64,000 nt of DNA from an uncultured delta proteobacterium (lineage in GTDB: Bacteria; Desulfobacterota; Desulfomonilia; UBA1062), in the NCBI GenBank assembly GCA_963752595.1, contig CAVVYZ010000022.1, positions 112,043-176,042 on the forward strand. Direction: 5' to 3'. Of the stretch, positions 10,070 to 20,139 are shown piece by piece (position 1 is the stretch's first letter; each line of letters starts with the position of its first letter). A program made the position numbers and the translations under genes. A model generated the notes under the pieces. That model was not told where the DNA came from. It did no database searches and saw only the letters and a list, made by a program, of their open reading frames with translations.

Positions 10070-11075
10070 CGGCCAATATATCGGCTCCCTTATCGGTCAG
10101 TGCCTTGGCGATGCCGTCGGATTCCCGGTCGAAGGTCAGCCGTATGCCGTCTGCAAAGAATACGTGGAGGAAATAATTGAAGAAGGGCCTGGGCTGAGAG
10201 CCAGGCCCGGGTATGTTTTCGGCCAGTATACTGATGACTCGCAACTTGCACGCGAGCTGATTATCAGTTGCGTCTTATCCAGGGGCTTCAATCCTGAAGA
10301 TTATGCCGGGCGGATAGCGGATATCTTCTCCAAGGGAAAAGTCGTGGGAGGAGGAACTGCTACCTGGGAGGCTGCAATCCGCTTGTCACAGGGCATTCCC
10401 TGGTACGAGGCAGGAACCCCAAGCCCGTCTGCCGGAAACGGAAGTGCCATGCGGGCAGGACCCGTCGGTCTGATGTTCTTCGACCGAACCGAATCCCTGA
10501 TCAAGGCAGCACATGATCAGAGTATCATCACCCACAAGGATATCAGATGTTCCGTAGGTTCTGTAGCCATTGCCGGATCTGTCGCATTGGCCCTTGTAAA
10601 CAAACCCGTTTCCAAGCCGGAGTTCATCAATGAGATATCGCGGCTGGTTGCGACAATCGACCCGTCGGCCGAAATCGCCTTTGCATCGCTGATCAACTGG
10701 ATCGATCTTGAGCCTATCGATGCGCTCCGGGAAATTGTCAGTGCCGGGTATGCCTTTGGAGACTGGCAGGATTGGCAGGGACTGACCCAGTTTGTTACAG
10801 GAACCGTTCTTTGGAGCCTGTATGCGTTTCTGCACTCCCCGGAAAGCTACCTGGAGACCCTTGCCTCTGCCATAGAAGTCGGTGGCGATGTTGACACCAC
10901 GGCGGCAATGGCCGGGGCTATCAGCGGGGCCTACCTCGGAATCGAAAATCTTCCCGGCGAACTGATAACGCATCTCACAGACGAAGAAACATGGGGATTC
11001 GATGAACTCACCCAGTTGGCAATCGATCTCTATAATCTGAAAGTATTTCAAAAAAAGATCCCGGCATATACCTGA
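10053..11075 (+). CDS. ADP-ribosylglycohydrolase (DraG/ARH family)
   Basis: GDAVG, YTDDS, GNGSAMR, GGDVDTT motifs. Confidence 0.92.
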   Translation: MRLPDSGQYIGSLIGQCLGDAVGFPVEGQPYAVCKEYVEEIIEEGPGLRARPGYVFGQYTDDSQLARELIISCVLSRGFNPEDYAGRIADIFSKGKVVGGGTATWEAAIRLSQGIPWYEAGTPSPSAGNGSAMRAGPVGLMFFDRTESLIKAAHDQSIITHKDIRCSVGSVAIAGSVALALVNKPVSKPEFINEISRLVATIDPSAEIAFASLINWIDLEPIDALREIVSAGYAFGDWQDWQGLTQFVTGTVLWSLYAFLHSPESYLETLASAIEVGGDVDTTAAMAGAISGAYLGIENLPGELITHLTDEETWGFDELTQLAIDLYNLKVFQKKIPAYT

Positions 11076-11195
11076 ACCGGCGCTTTTGCCGGTGTTTTGT
11101 CCTTGTCGGTTTTCCTTCCTGCCCGACTGCATTGACATGGGCTGAAGCAAATCCCTACTTATATCATAACGAAGCAATCAAGAGGAGTTTCTCCC

Positions 11196-11582
11196 ATGAA
11201 CGATAAAGAATATTTTGACAACACGAAAGGGAAAGGGGTTCTCGCTACGGCAGATGCCCAAGGTAATGTCGATGCTGCGCTCTATGCAAAACCTTTCTTC
11301 GTCGATGAAAAGACCGTAGTGTTCATCATGGCCGACCGGTTGAGCCATGAAAACCTGAAATCAAATGTCCACGCGGCATACCTCTTCATGGAGGAGGAAA
11401 ACAGCTTGAAAGGAAGAAGGCTCTACCTGACAAAAATTCGGGAGGGAAAAAATTCCGAACTCATCGATGAGTTGAGGCGCTTGAGAAATTATGCCTCTCA
11501 GGACAGGATATATGAAGAGGATTCATATCTTGTCTATTTTTCAATCGATAAAGTAACGCCTTTGATCGGGCACGGCTTATGA
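11196..11582 (+). CDS. Pyridoxamine 5'-phosphate oxidase-like FMN-binding protein
   Basis: GVLATADAQGNVDAA...SHENLKSN pattern of split-barrel proteins. RBS GAGGAG. Confidence 0.75.
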   Translation: MNDKEYFDNTKGKGVLATADAQGNVDAALYAKPFFVDEKTVVFIMADRLSHENLKSNVHAAYLFMEEENSLKGRRLYLTKIREGKNSELIDELRRLRNYASQDRIYEEDSYLVYFSIDKVTPLIGHGL

Positions 11583-12437
11583 ACCGGCAGAACCGGATTT
11601 ATGCTTCCATAGAAGCCTGTTTACAAGGCCGGCAATGACCCCACCGAAGCCTATGATCAATGCGCAGGCGGTAAACAGCCGCCCAACAAAGGGAGCCATG
11701 CCTGCCAGGCTTATTGCCACAGTTCCGGCTAATGTTTCCAGAAGCATAGGTCTGTCCGGCATTTTCAAGGCGAGGAAGAGTTTTTTTCCTATGAGCTGGA
11801 CAACGGCGACGTAGCCGATAAAAAATGCAATGCCCACCAGAAGCATCTCGAATGGGATAAGGATGATGCCGATGATCGAAATAAGAAGCATGAACGCTAC
11901 GGGGAAGATCGAAGCACTCCCGAGAATGCCTAAAAAGAATGTCTTCAGTAAAGCGTGCTCGATGGTAAAGGAAATATATCCGATGGCGCGGGGTGCTATG
12001 GCAACCGTGATCAGGGCAAGCGCGAGAAAGCCTATAAAGGGAAAGATGCTAAACGGGGTATGAAACCCGTAGGGCATATCCCGCCAATGGTCATTCCCGG
12101 GCATGATAAATGATTTTATCCGGGAGGGATCGATAACGGTGATATCTCCGAGAACCGAAGCGCCTTGCTCTTTCACCACCGTCCCACCGAGAGAAACGAT
12201 ATTCCCTTTGATTATCGAACCCGGCCCCAGGAACACTGATCCGCCCACGGCAACTACATCATTCCTGACAAGCCCGTCCACACGGACATCACCGCCGAGC
12301 GAGACTGCCGAATCCACCTCTTGTCCCCGCTCCACGGTCGCATTCCTGCCCAGTTCGACCAGGGTATCCGCCTTTGCATATGCCGGAATGCAGATCATGC
12401 ACAGCATAACGGCCGGCCAGGTTATCATTCGCGTCAT
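11577..12437 (-). CDS. Membrane protein with N-terminal beta-helical (bactofilin-like) GG repeats and C-terminal TM helices
   Basis: Signal peptide; VSLGGDV, VAVGGSV, VSLGGTV repeats; several hydrophobic helices. Confidence 0.65.
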   Translation of the reverse strand: MTRMITWPAVMLCMICIPAYAKADTLVELGRNATVERGQEVDSAVSLGGDVRVDGLVRNDVVAVGGSVFLGPGSIIKGNIVSLGGTVVKEQGASVLGDITVIDPSRIKSFIMPGNDHWRDMPYGFHTPFSIFPFIGFLALALITVAIAPRAIGYISFTIEHALLKTFFLGILGSASIFPVAFMLLISIIGIILIPFEMLLVGIAFFIGYVAVVQLIGKKLFLALKMPDRPMLLETLAGTVAISLAGMAPFVGRLFTACALIIGFGGVIAGLVNRLLWKHKSGSAGS

Positions 12438-12519
12438 GTCATCTGCTCCTGATTTTTTCCTGCTCTATCGTTGAGCACGATATACAAGGGACTTTGTTTC
12501 CTTTATACAGCTCTCCCTG

Positions 12520-13377
12520 TTACCCTCTGGAAAACCGCCTGATATTCACTATCCGCAAGATGAGCACCACGCTCAGGTATACTGCACCGGCCAGAAGAAT
12601 GATCGTTGCTCCGGTAGGAAGTCCCGGCCCGTAACTTATAGCCAGCCCGCCTGTAGTGAATGCGGCGGAAAAAAACATGGAGAGCACCATCATGTGCCCG
12701 AGCTTCTTGGAAAAATATCCGGCTGTTGCCGGAGGCAGCGTCAGGAGTGCGATAACCATGACAATACCGACCACGCTGAGCATGAGCACAACGGTCAATG
12801 CTGTCAGGCACAGGAGCAGAAGGTAATACACCTCGACTCGCACGCCGCGCAGAAGGGCAAATTCCTCATCGAAGCAGACGGCGAGGAACTTGTTGTAGAA
12901 GATAAGGACAAGGACGATGATGAGCAGATCGAGGCCTGCCATGAGCCAGATGTCTCCCTGTGTCACCATGAGGATGTTCCCGAAGAGATAGCTCATCAGA
13001 TTCTCGCTGTATCCCGGGGTCTTGAAGATGAACATGATACCCGCCGCCATGCCGATTGCCCATACGGCACCGATCACCGTATCCTCCCGCTGCTTTGCTC
13101 GGAGGCTCACCAGGCCGATGATGACGGCGGAGAGGAGAGCTGCGATCGTTGCGCCGATGAGGGGATGAAACCACTCCCATCTCAGCACGACCTCACAGTA
13201 TCGTGCCGCACCCATCCCGCCCAGAACGCTATGGGAGATAGCTCCTGCGATATATGTGATCCTCCTGGTGACGACATAACTGCCGATTATCCCGCATGCA
13301 ACACTGGCAAGAAGGCCTGCCATAAGTGCATACCTGAGGAACGAAAAGCTCATGAGATCGGACAAGAATTCAGTCAT
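12520..13377 (-). CDS. znuB: Zn/Mn ABC transporter permease
   Basis: AISHSVLGG, YLFGNIL, FDEEFA motifs; in an operon with the ATPase and binding protein. Confidence 0.9.
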   Translation of the reverse strand: MTEFLSDLMSFSFLRYALMAGLLASVACGIIGSYVVTRRITYIAGAISHSVLGGMGAARYCEVVLRWEWFHPLIGATIAALLSAVIIGLVSLRAKQREDTVIGAVWAIGMAAGIMFIFKTPGYSENLMSYLFGNILMVTQGDIWLMAGLDLLIIVLVLIFYNKFLAVCFDEEFALLRGVRVEVYYLLLLCLTALTVVLMLSVVGIVMVIALLTLPPATAGYFSKKLGHMMVLSMFFSAAFTTGGLAISYGPGLPTGATIILLAGAVYLSVVLILRIVNIRRFSRG

Positions 13378-14128
13378 GCAGTTTCCCTTTTTTAGGATTC
13401 ATATCATGATCATGCCTGACCATCTGTACCTTTGATCCATAAATCTCATTAATTATATCTCCGGTAATATCACAGGTCGGATGGCACAGAAGCCTGCGGT
13501 TTACGCAGGCGACATTTTTCACGTGCCGTGAAACAAACCCGAGGTCATGGGTTACGAGCACGATGGTCATCTTCTGGTTCAGCTGATTGAGAAATTCGTA
13601 AAATTCCGTCTCTGCAGCGGCATCAACATTTGCCGTAGGTTCGTCGAGAAGCAGAAGATCCGGGTGTGAGACGAGTGATCTGGCTATCAGCACCCGCTGG
13701 GTCTGCCCTCCGGAAAGGTCGGCGAACGGTCGGCTCCTCACCCCATAAAGATCCACTGTTCTAAGGGCCTCCTCTGCTGACAGTTTATCAGACTTGCTGT
13801 ACCCCCCGAACCGTATGCCTGTCCCCAGACGTCCCATGAGGACGACGTCAATGACCGTTACAGGGAACAAGGGGTCAAGGGCGGTATGCTGCGGCATGTA
13901 TCCGATTCTGGTTCGTGCCTTTTCCGGAGATGTCCCGAACACGCTCACCTTGCCTTTGTCCGGTTTTACGAGGCCCAGGATGAGCTTTAAAATCGTTGTT
14001 TTTCCACCGCCGTTCGGCCCCACGATGGACAGAAAATCCTGCTCTTGGATCTTTAAGCTCACATCTTCCAGGACCGGCATGCGCCCGTAGGTAAAGGATA
14101 CCGCATCAAGTTCGATTACCGGCTTCAT
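13370..14128 (-). CDS. znuC: Zn/Mn ABC transporter ATP-binding protein
   Basis: GPNGGGKTT, LSGGQ, LLLLDEP, VTHDL; His-containing C-terminus. Confidence 0.9.
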   Translation of the reverse strand: MKPVIELDAVSFTYGRMPVLEDVSLKIQEQDFLSIVGPNGGGKTTILKLILGLVKPDKGKVSVFGTSPEKARTRIGYMPQHTALDPLFPVTVIDVVLMGRLGTGIRFGGYSKSDKLSAEEALRTVDLYGVRSRPFADLSGGQTQRVLIARSLVSHPDLLLLDEPTANVDAAAETEFYEFLNQLNQKMTIVLVTHDLGFVSRHVKNVACVNRRLLCHPTCDITGDIINEIYGSKVQMVRHDHDMNPKKGKLHD

Positions 14129-14177
14129 CTTTTCACGATACCTCTCATATCCTATAATCCCCTTTCATCTTCGGGTC

Positions 14178-15053
14178 TTACTTCCGACCCGCAAGAGAGG
14201 TCTTAATCGTTTCAGCCATTTTCTTCATTTCCGTGAGATAGTTCCCGGGAAGGGGGTTGATGGGGATGACCTCCCCTCCGATCGATTGGGCAATTGCCCG
14301 GGCAGCCCTTTGAGAGAACTGGGGCTGGACAAAGATAACCTTGACGTTTTCCTTTCTCGTGCTCTCTATCAGCCTGGCAATCTGTCTGGCGCTGGGCTCT
14401 TTTCCCTCAACTTCGAAAGCTACCTGCTGCAGCCCGTAGGATTCACAGAAATACCCGAAGGCGGGGTGAAATACATAAATTTTTCTGCCTTTGACGGGTG
14501 CGAGTATTCCCGTGATCTCGGAATCGAGTTTGTCCAGGTCCTTTTGGAAAACTTCCAGATTCTTTCGATAAAATTCTCCATGAACCGGATCGATCTTCGT
14601 GAGCCCTTCGGATATATTCCGGGCAATTATCTTGACCCGCTTGGGATCAAGCCAGATATGGGGGTCAGGCCCCTGCTCGCCGGAACCCGGCGAAAAAAAG
14701 AGAATTTTGACTCCCCTGGTTGTATCGATTATGGAAAGCTGTGGAAATAGGCCGGCAATCTTCGGAACCAGGGCACGCTCGAAAGGTGCCCCGATCGTGA
14801 AGAAAACCCGTGAGCGAGCCAGTTTGGACATCTGGGCCGGAGTGGGTTCATACGTCTCATGAGACTGTCCTTCGCCCACGAGGACACTGACCTCGACGTA
14901 TTCCCCTCCTACTCTTTCCACAAAATACTTCTGCGAGATAATACTCACGAAGGCCTTGATCTTCTCCCCTCCGGCCTGAGAGGCACTCGATGGGCACGCC
15001 ATCAGGATGATGACGATCAGGCCTGTCAGAAAGGACAGTACCTTTCCCTTCAT
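14178..15053 (-). CDS. znuA: Zn ABC transporter substrate-binding protein
   Basis: SHETYEP, DPHIWLDP, FHPAFGYF cluster A-I metal-binding motifs. Confidence 0.9.
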   Translation of the reverse strand: MKGKVLSFLTGLIVIILMACPSSASQAGGEKIKAFVSIISQKYFVERVGGEYVEVSVLVGEGQSHETYEPTPAQMSKLARSRVFFTIGAPFERALVPKIAGLFPQLSIIDTTRGVKILFFSPGSGEQGPDPHIWLDPKRVKIIARNISEGLTKIDPVHGEFYRKNLEVFQKDLDKLDSEITGILAPVKGRKIYVFHPAFGYFCESYGLQQVAFEVEGKEPSARQIARLIESTRKENVKVIFVQPQFSQRAARAIAQSIGGEVIPINPLPGNYLTEMKKMAETIKTSLAGRK

Positions 15054-15082
15054 ATTATTTACCTCCGGGTCTTATCCCCATA

Positions 15083-15343
15083 TTATTCATGCCCGATCTT
15101 GGTGCAGACAAGGAAACGCTCGTTGCACTGCTCGCACGTTTCGATCGAATGGGCCTCCGAGAAATCCTTCCAGTGCTGCTTCTGGTTCGGCGTCAGCGTG
15201 CCTTTCCCGTTGCACAGGGGGCAGACGCTGTCCAGTGCAGTTAGAATAGCTGAACGGATGAATTCCGATCTGTTGGGTATTCCCTGAATGATCCTGAAAA
15301 GATGCTCATCAACTTTGAAAGTTACGATCTCATGCTTTTTCAT
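15083..15343 (-). CDS. Ribbon-helix-helix (CopG-like) regulator with C-terminal Cys/His metal-binding domain
   Basis: IVTFKVD beta strand plus NRSEFIRSAI helix (RHH pattern); CPLC, H..H, CEQC, C; first gene of the znu operon. Confidence 0.75.
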   Translation of the reverse strand: MKKHEIVTFKVDEHLFRIIQGIPNRSEFIRSAILTALDSVCPLCNGKGTLTPNQKQHWKDFSEAHSIETCEQCNERFLVCTKIGHE

Positions 15344-15365
15344 GCTATACTCTCACCGGACCTTA

Positions 15366-15417
15366 GTAATACTATGTAATACTTTTGTATTAGAAACCAA
15401 GACCTGATAATTGTCAA
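15366..15417 (-). promoter_or_regulatory. sigma70 promoter with overlapping TAATAC operator array
   Basis: Minus-strand TTGACA (15417-15412)-N17-TCTAAT (15394-15389). GTAATACT at 15366 and 15376, plus inverted GTATTA at 15387 (TAATAC-N4-GTATTA). Confidence 0.65.
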
Positions 15418-15570
15418 GATCACTCATAAGATATACATAATGAATACTTTCGGTTACTTTTTAGCAGGATCGGAGCAGTGCGTTCGCGATCAATCCGGGG
15501 TGCATACCTCTCTTAAAATCGAGGGCTTCCGGTTACGCCGCCTTCACGAGGCATACTGACCGTACAATCA

Positions 15571-16521
15571 CTACTTTTTTGACGTACCCTTGAGCACCTT
15601 GAAAAAGTCGTAATCCGTACTGAGGATCAGGGTTGTATTGTCGAAAGAGGTTTGCTTATACGTCTCGAGGGTCTTGTAGAAGGAATAAAATTCCGGATCC
15701 TGATTGTAGGACTTCCCATAGATCCTGGTGACCTCGGCATCGGCCTTTCCCTTGATCTCTTCCGCTGTCTTGAAGGCCTCTGACCGGATAGCCTGGAGAT
15801 CTTTACCCATGCGCCCGGTTATCTCTGCCTTTTTTCCCTCTCCTTCGGATATCAGCTGAGCTGCCTGGTATTTCCTTTCGGAGATCATCCGGGCATACAC
15901 CCTATCTTTGACCTTTTCTCCGTAGTGTAGGCGCTTTACCTGAACATCTACGAGTCCCATGCCAAAGCTCGAGATGGATTTCGAGGCTCCCGCAAGCATC
16001 CTTCGGGCGACGGCATCCCTCCCCAGCACAACCTTTTCCCCTGGTACGGCATCATTTGTGGTAAATTTATCACCGCTATCCCAGCCGGGGACGGACTTGA
16101 TCTGATCCGACGACCTTACCAGCTCAACGAGGGGATTTGCTGCGACAGTATCCTTCGCAATCGAATCCATGATGTCATCAAGCTTGGCGTATGCCTGGTC
16201 ATAGGTTCCGATCGCCTTGATGAATGTCATCGGATCGACGATCTTCCATCTTGCAGTCACCTCTATCCGGATGATCATATTATCACGGGTTGAGATCTCG
16301 CCTGAATCTCCATTCCACCTGAGTATCCGCTTCTCGAATTTCGCAACCCTCTGGACAAGGGGAATCTTGAAATGAAGGCCGGCTTCTTTGACTGACCTTA
16401 CCGGGTTCTCGAATTGCAAGATGGCTGCCTGTTCGTATTCGCTGACCGTATAGAATGCATCGAACATGCTCAAAACCGCAAGTGCGCAAAGGAAGACGAG
16501 GATGACTTTTGCTGTTTTCAT
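15571..16521 (-). CDS. hflC: FtsH protease modulator HflC (SPFH domain)
   Basis: N-terminal TM, GLHFKIP, RMISER, YNQDPEFYSFYKTLETY. Confidence 0.9.
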   Translation of the reverse strand: MKTAKVILVFLCALAVLSMFDAFYTVSEYEQAAILQFENPVRSVKEAGLHFKIPLVQRVAKFEKRILRWNGDSGEISTRDNMIIRIEVTARWKIVDPMTFIKAIGTYDQAYAKLDDIMDSIAKDTVAANPLVELVRSSDQIKSVPGWDSGDKFTTNDAVPGEKVVLGRDAVARRMLAGASKSISSFGMGLVDVQVKRLHYGEKVKDRVYARMISERKYQAAQLISEGEGKKAEITGRMGKDLQAIRSEAFKTAEEIKGKADAEVTRIYGKSYNQDPEFYSFYKTLETYKQTSFDNTTLILSTDYDFFKVLKGTSKK

Positions 16522-17552
16522 CGCTCACCCCCTGTTCCCGGCATGCGCTTTTCCGAATCGAACAAAGGGAATACGTTTTTCTGTCTGCTGTCAATCACCT
16601 GCACCTGCCTGGCCTTGGGCAGGACCTCGCGGCAAGTCTCAAGGTAGAGCCGCTTCCGCGTTACTTCTTTGGCATTGCGGTATTCATGCAGCACATCATT
16701 GAACCGTGATGTTTCTCCTTTTGCGACATTGGCACGCTCCAGGGCATACCCCTGGGCCATATTAACGAGGCCGGCCGCCTCGCCGCGCGCCTTTGGTATT
16801 TCACGGTTATAGGCTTCCAGGGCCTGGTTGATAAGGCTTTCCTTTTCCTGCCGGGCCGCATTTACTTCATTGTAAGCATCCCTGACCTGGTCAGGAGGCA
16901 GTACATTCCGAAGCCGGACATCTACAACCTTTATTCCGCTGTCATACCTGTCGAGCGACCTCTGAAGCTCGTCTATAAAGATTCTGCTTATTTCCTCCCT
17001 GTTCTTGAGCACATAATCGAAACTCCGATCGCTTACGACCCCTCTCATGACCGATTCGCTGATATCCCGGATGGATTGAACGGAATCATGGATGCCGAGC
17101 AGGAACTTCTTCGGGTCCTGGCGCTTATAGTGGACGCTCCATTCGAGGTCGACTATGCTCAAATCACCTGTAAGCATCAATGATTCTTTCATGCTTTCCG
17201 GATCTTTCCGATATCTGTTTCTGATACCCGGCTTGCCGCTCCTGAATCCGAACGACTCGCTTTCGATCGTATCCGTGTTCACCTCGATCACTTTATCTAC
17301 TCCGAAGGGTACCTTGAGATGCGGGCCGGACAGCACAATACCTGAAAATTTCCCGAATCGCATAATTACGCCCTGGTATCCGGCAGGTACGGTATAAAAC
17401 GAAGTGAAAGCACCTCCTGCCAGAATCAGTAGCATTGTTAAAATGATGCCGATGGTCCTCCCTGTGTGCTTCCGTGCATCGGAGCCCGGATTCACAGGCA
17501 TCATCGTTTCGGTTTTATCCTGATCGCCCGGCTGTTGCGCATTCAAGGACAT
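16518..17552 (-). CDS. hflK: FtsH protease modulator HflK (SPFH domain)
   Basis: MLTGD, PPDQVRDAYNEV, IPKARGEA, VTRKRLYLET; overlaps hflC. Confidence 0.9.
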   Translation of the reverse strand: MSLNAQQPGDQDKTETMMPVNPGSDARKHTGRTIGIILTMLLILAGGAFTSFYTVPAGYQGVIMRFGKFSGIVLSGPHLKVPFGVDKVIEVNTDTIESESFGFRSGKPGIRNRYRKDPESMKESLMLTGDLSIVDLEWSVHYKRQDPKKFLLGIHDSVQSIRDISESVMRGVVSDRSFDYVLKNREEISRIFIDELQRSLDRYDSGIKVVDVRLRNVLPPDQVRDAYNEVNAARQEKESLINQALEAYNREIPKARGEAAGLVNMAQGYALERANVAKGETSRFNDVLHEYRNAKEVTRKRLYLETCREVLPKARQVQVIDSRQKNVFPLFDSEKRMPGTGGER

Positions 17553-17745
17553 AGCAGATCTCCCTTTTCAAGGATTATAACCAGTTACGATTAGGTATCC
17601 TTGGGGTAGCTTCCTTGTCAATGTCAAAGAAGAAATTTTACTTTCATCTTAAGTGCGGATAAAGTAAATTTATCGGTTGAGTCCAGGGACACCCCAATGA
17701 ATGCTTAAAATTTTATACCCATGCTGCTTAGGGAGAATTTCAGCG

Positions 17746-18597
17746 ATGACCGGTTCGATGTCTTCAGGATACCTGCAGACGATCCCTTCACAATACGCTT
17801 CCCTTGCGTCTTTTAAGATGCACTTTCTTGAGATGGGCGAAGGAGACCCTCTGATCCTGATCCATGGAGGGGGAGTGTGGCTGTATTCTTTCAGGCACAA
17901 TCTCCGGGATCTTTCCTGCTTCTTTCGAGTATATGCCCTTGATATGCCGGGATACGGCTATACGCTCCCGCTGCAGGATACCGTATCATACGGTCTTGAG
18001 ACAGCTGCAGAAGTTTTGCTCGAATTCATGAATATGAAAAATATCGAACGGGCATCGCTTCTCGGGCATTCCTGGGGAGGCGGATGGGTGCTTCGTTTCG
18101 CTTCTCAATATCCGGAACGGGTGGAAAGGCTCATCCTCATAGACTCAAGCGGTTTTAATGTTCCCGATGTTCTCGAATGGGAACTCATGAAGTATCCGGT
18201 TATCGGAGGACTCCTCATGAAATGCATCACGGTCGGCATCGTGAAAAAACGCCTTGAGCGCTCCTTTTTTCACAAGGAGATGGTAAGCCGCGATATGGCT
18301 GAAGAGGTCTACCTTCCCTTGACATTTCCCTACAACCAGAAGGCCCAGTTGAAGATTGCAAGAAACCAGGACTGGTCGCTGACCGAAAGATTAATGCCTG
18401 TAATACGGCACCCCTCGCTTGTCATCTGGGGAGATCATGATGCATATCTCGATACCGAACTGCTGCACCGGTTTCACCGGCAACTGCCGAATGCGCGAAC
18501 CTTTCTCTTCAAGCAATGCGGACACTCTCCCCACGAGGAGTACCCGCAGGATGTCAATGCCTTGATCACGGCGTACTTAAGGCAAAAAGCTGTCTGA
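17746..18597 (+). CDS. Alpha/beta fold hydrolase
   Basis: LIHGGG, DMPGYG, GHSWGG nucleophile elbow, WGDHD, GHSPHEE. Start uncertain. Confidence 0.88.
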   Translation: MTGSMSSGYLQTIPSQYASLASFKMHFLEMGEGDPLILIHGGGVWLYSFRHNLRDLSCFFRVYALDMPGYGYTLPLQDTVSYGLETAAEVLLEFMNMKNIERASLLGHSWGGGWVLRFASQYPERVERLILIDSSGFNVPDVLEWELMKYPVIGGLLMKCITVGIVKKRLERSFFHKEMVSRDMAEEVYLPLTFPYNQKAQLKIARNQDWSLTERLMPVIRHPSLVIWGDHDAYLDTELLHRFHRQLPNARTFLFKQCGHSPHEEYPQDVNALITAYLRQKAV

Positions 18598-18740
18598 CAG
18601 GGATTGGGGGATCGATTTAATCACTGGCTTTTTTTCACCCGATTATCAATAATGATGTTTTGATATTGGTGATTCTTATCCGTTCGTTTACTTAATAGTA
18701 TTATTGCACGCCTTGAAAAACCAGGCAGGAGTTACAGAGT

Positions 18741-19937
18741 ATGTTTTTGCCCATAGGAGACAGCCCTAATCCGAAGAATTACACTCCATGGATGAACTGG
18801 ACCCTGATCGCAGCGAATATCCTGGTTTATGTGTTCATCACCATACCCCTCTCCCGCCGGGGCGTGAGCATGAATGACCCGCTCCTGCATGAATACCTCC
18901 GGACCATTGCGAATCAGCTCCCGCCAGGGGTCACGATCAACGAAGTTTTATCCCAGGTCAGCTCATACGATCTCTATACCTTTGTCCATGGATATAAACC
19001 CGGTGCCCCGAAAATAGCCAATCTCTTTTACAGTATGTTTCTCCATGGGGGCATCCTCCACCTCGCGGGGAATATGCTCTTCCTGTGGATTTATGGCGAC
19101 AACGTTGAGTACCGGCTTGGAAAGATAGGGTACCTGATGACCTATCTTTTTACCGGTGCGCTGGCCACCCTGTTCTTTGCCCTCTTCGCAGGACCTTCCA
19201 TGGTGCCGCTCGTAGGCGCATCAGGAGCCATATCAGGAATTCTGGGCGTTTATTTCCTTCTCTTCCCGAGAAACAAGATCAAGGTATTCATCGCGCTCAT
19301 TCCTTTTTACGTGGATGTCCTTTCCATGCCGTCGCGTCTGGTCCTCGGCATTTTCATCGTCATTGACAATCTCCTGCCTTTTCTTATCAGCCACCAGTCA
19401 GCAGTGGCTTATGGCGCTCATATCGGGGGCTTTCTGGGAGGAATGTCTATCGCTTTTGTCGGCGAAAGGTTTTCCTGGCACTGGCCCTGGAGGGACAGCA
19501 TGTGGCATGTCGGAAATGCCATGACGCGGATAAACCCGGCATCAGGAAAAGAAAGTATCGCAAATCTTTCGGAACTACGGGCTGCCATGAATGAGAATTT
19601 GCCGGGGAAAGCAGTGGACATCCTCGCTCACATGGAGGGAAAGGATGTATCCGTGCTCAAAACCGATGAATGCATAACCCTGTCCCAGTGGCTCGATGAA
19701 TCAGGACATCCCATTGCCGCATCGAGGATGCTGAGGCAATGCGTGACAAACCGGCAGAAATCCGAAACCCTCGCTGATGTCTATCTTGCTCTTGGCCTCA
19801 TGCGCCTGAAACAAGGGCAGCCGACGGCAGCCTACCAATATCTCCTCTCGGCCCTCAAGAATCAACCCTCTGAAGAAACCGAAAAACAAACCAGGGATGC
19901 TCTGAGCCGGATTGACATCTACCGGAGCGCCCACTGA
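18741..19937 (+). CDS. Rhomboid intramembrane serine protease with C-terminal TPR-like domain
   Basis: SMFLHGGILHLAGNM, GASGA, AHIGG; helical C-terminus (LALGLMRLKQG..AAYQYL). Confidence 0.9.
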   Translation: MFLPIGDSPNPKNYTPWMNWTLIAANILVYVFITIPLSRRGVSMNDPLLHEYLRTIANQLPPGVTINEVLSQVSSYDLYTFVHGYKPGAPKIANLFYSMFLHGGILHLAGNMLFLWIYGDNVEYRLGKIGYLMTYLFTGALATLFFALFAGPSMVPLVGASGAISGILGVYFLLFPRNKIKVFIALIPFYVDVLSMPSRLVLGIFIVIDNLLPFLISHQSAVAYGAHIGGFLGGMSIAFVGERFSWHWPWRDSMWHVGNAMTRINPASGKESIANLSELRAAMNENLPGKAVDILAHMEGKDVSVLKTDECITLSQWLDESGHPIAASRMLRQCVTNRQKSETLADVYLALGLMRLKQGQPTAAYQYLLSALKNQPSEETEKQTRDALSRIDIYRSAH

Positions 19938-20139
19938 TTCAAAAGGGGCAGTATTCTTCTTGTGCTTGAATATTTCCATTTTATGGGTAATCTTATTCCT
20001 TTTCCTTCCCTCTCTTCATCAAATCGCCTAATATATTGTTATTACATATCATTGGCAAAGGCATATTATTTGCTTTAATTTACGCCGTGCAGAGGAAAAG
20101 CTCAACCATTCTGACATCTTCAAGGGAGGAAAAGCTGCT

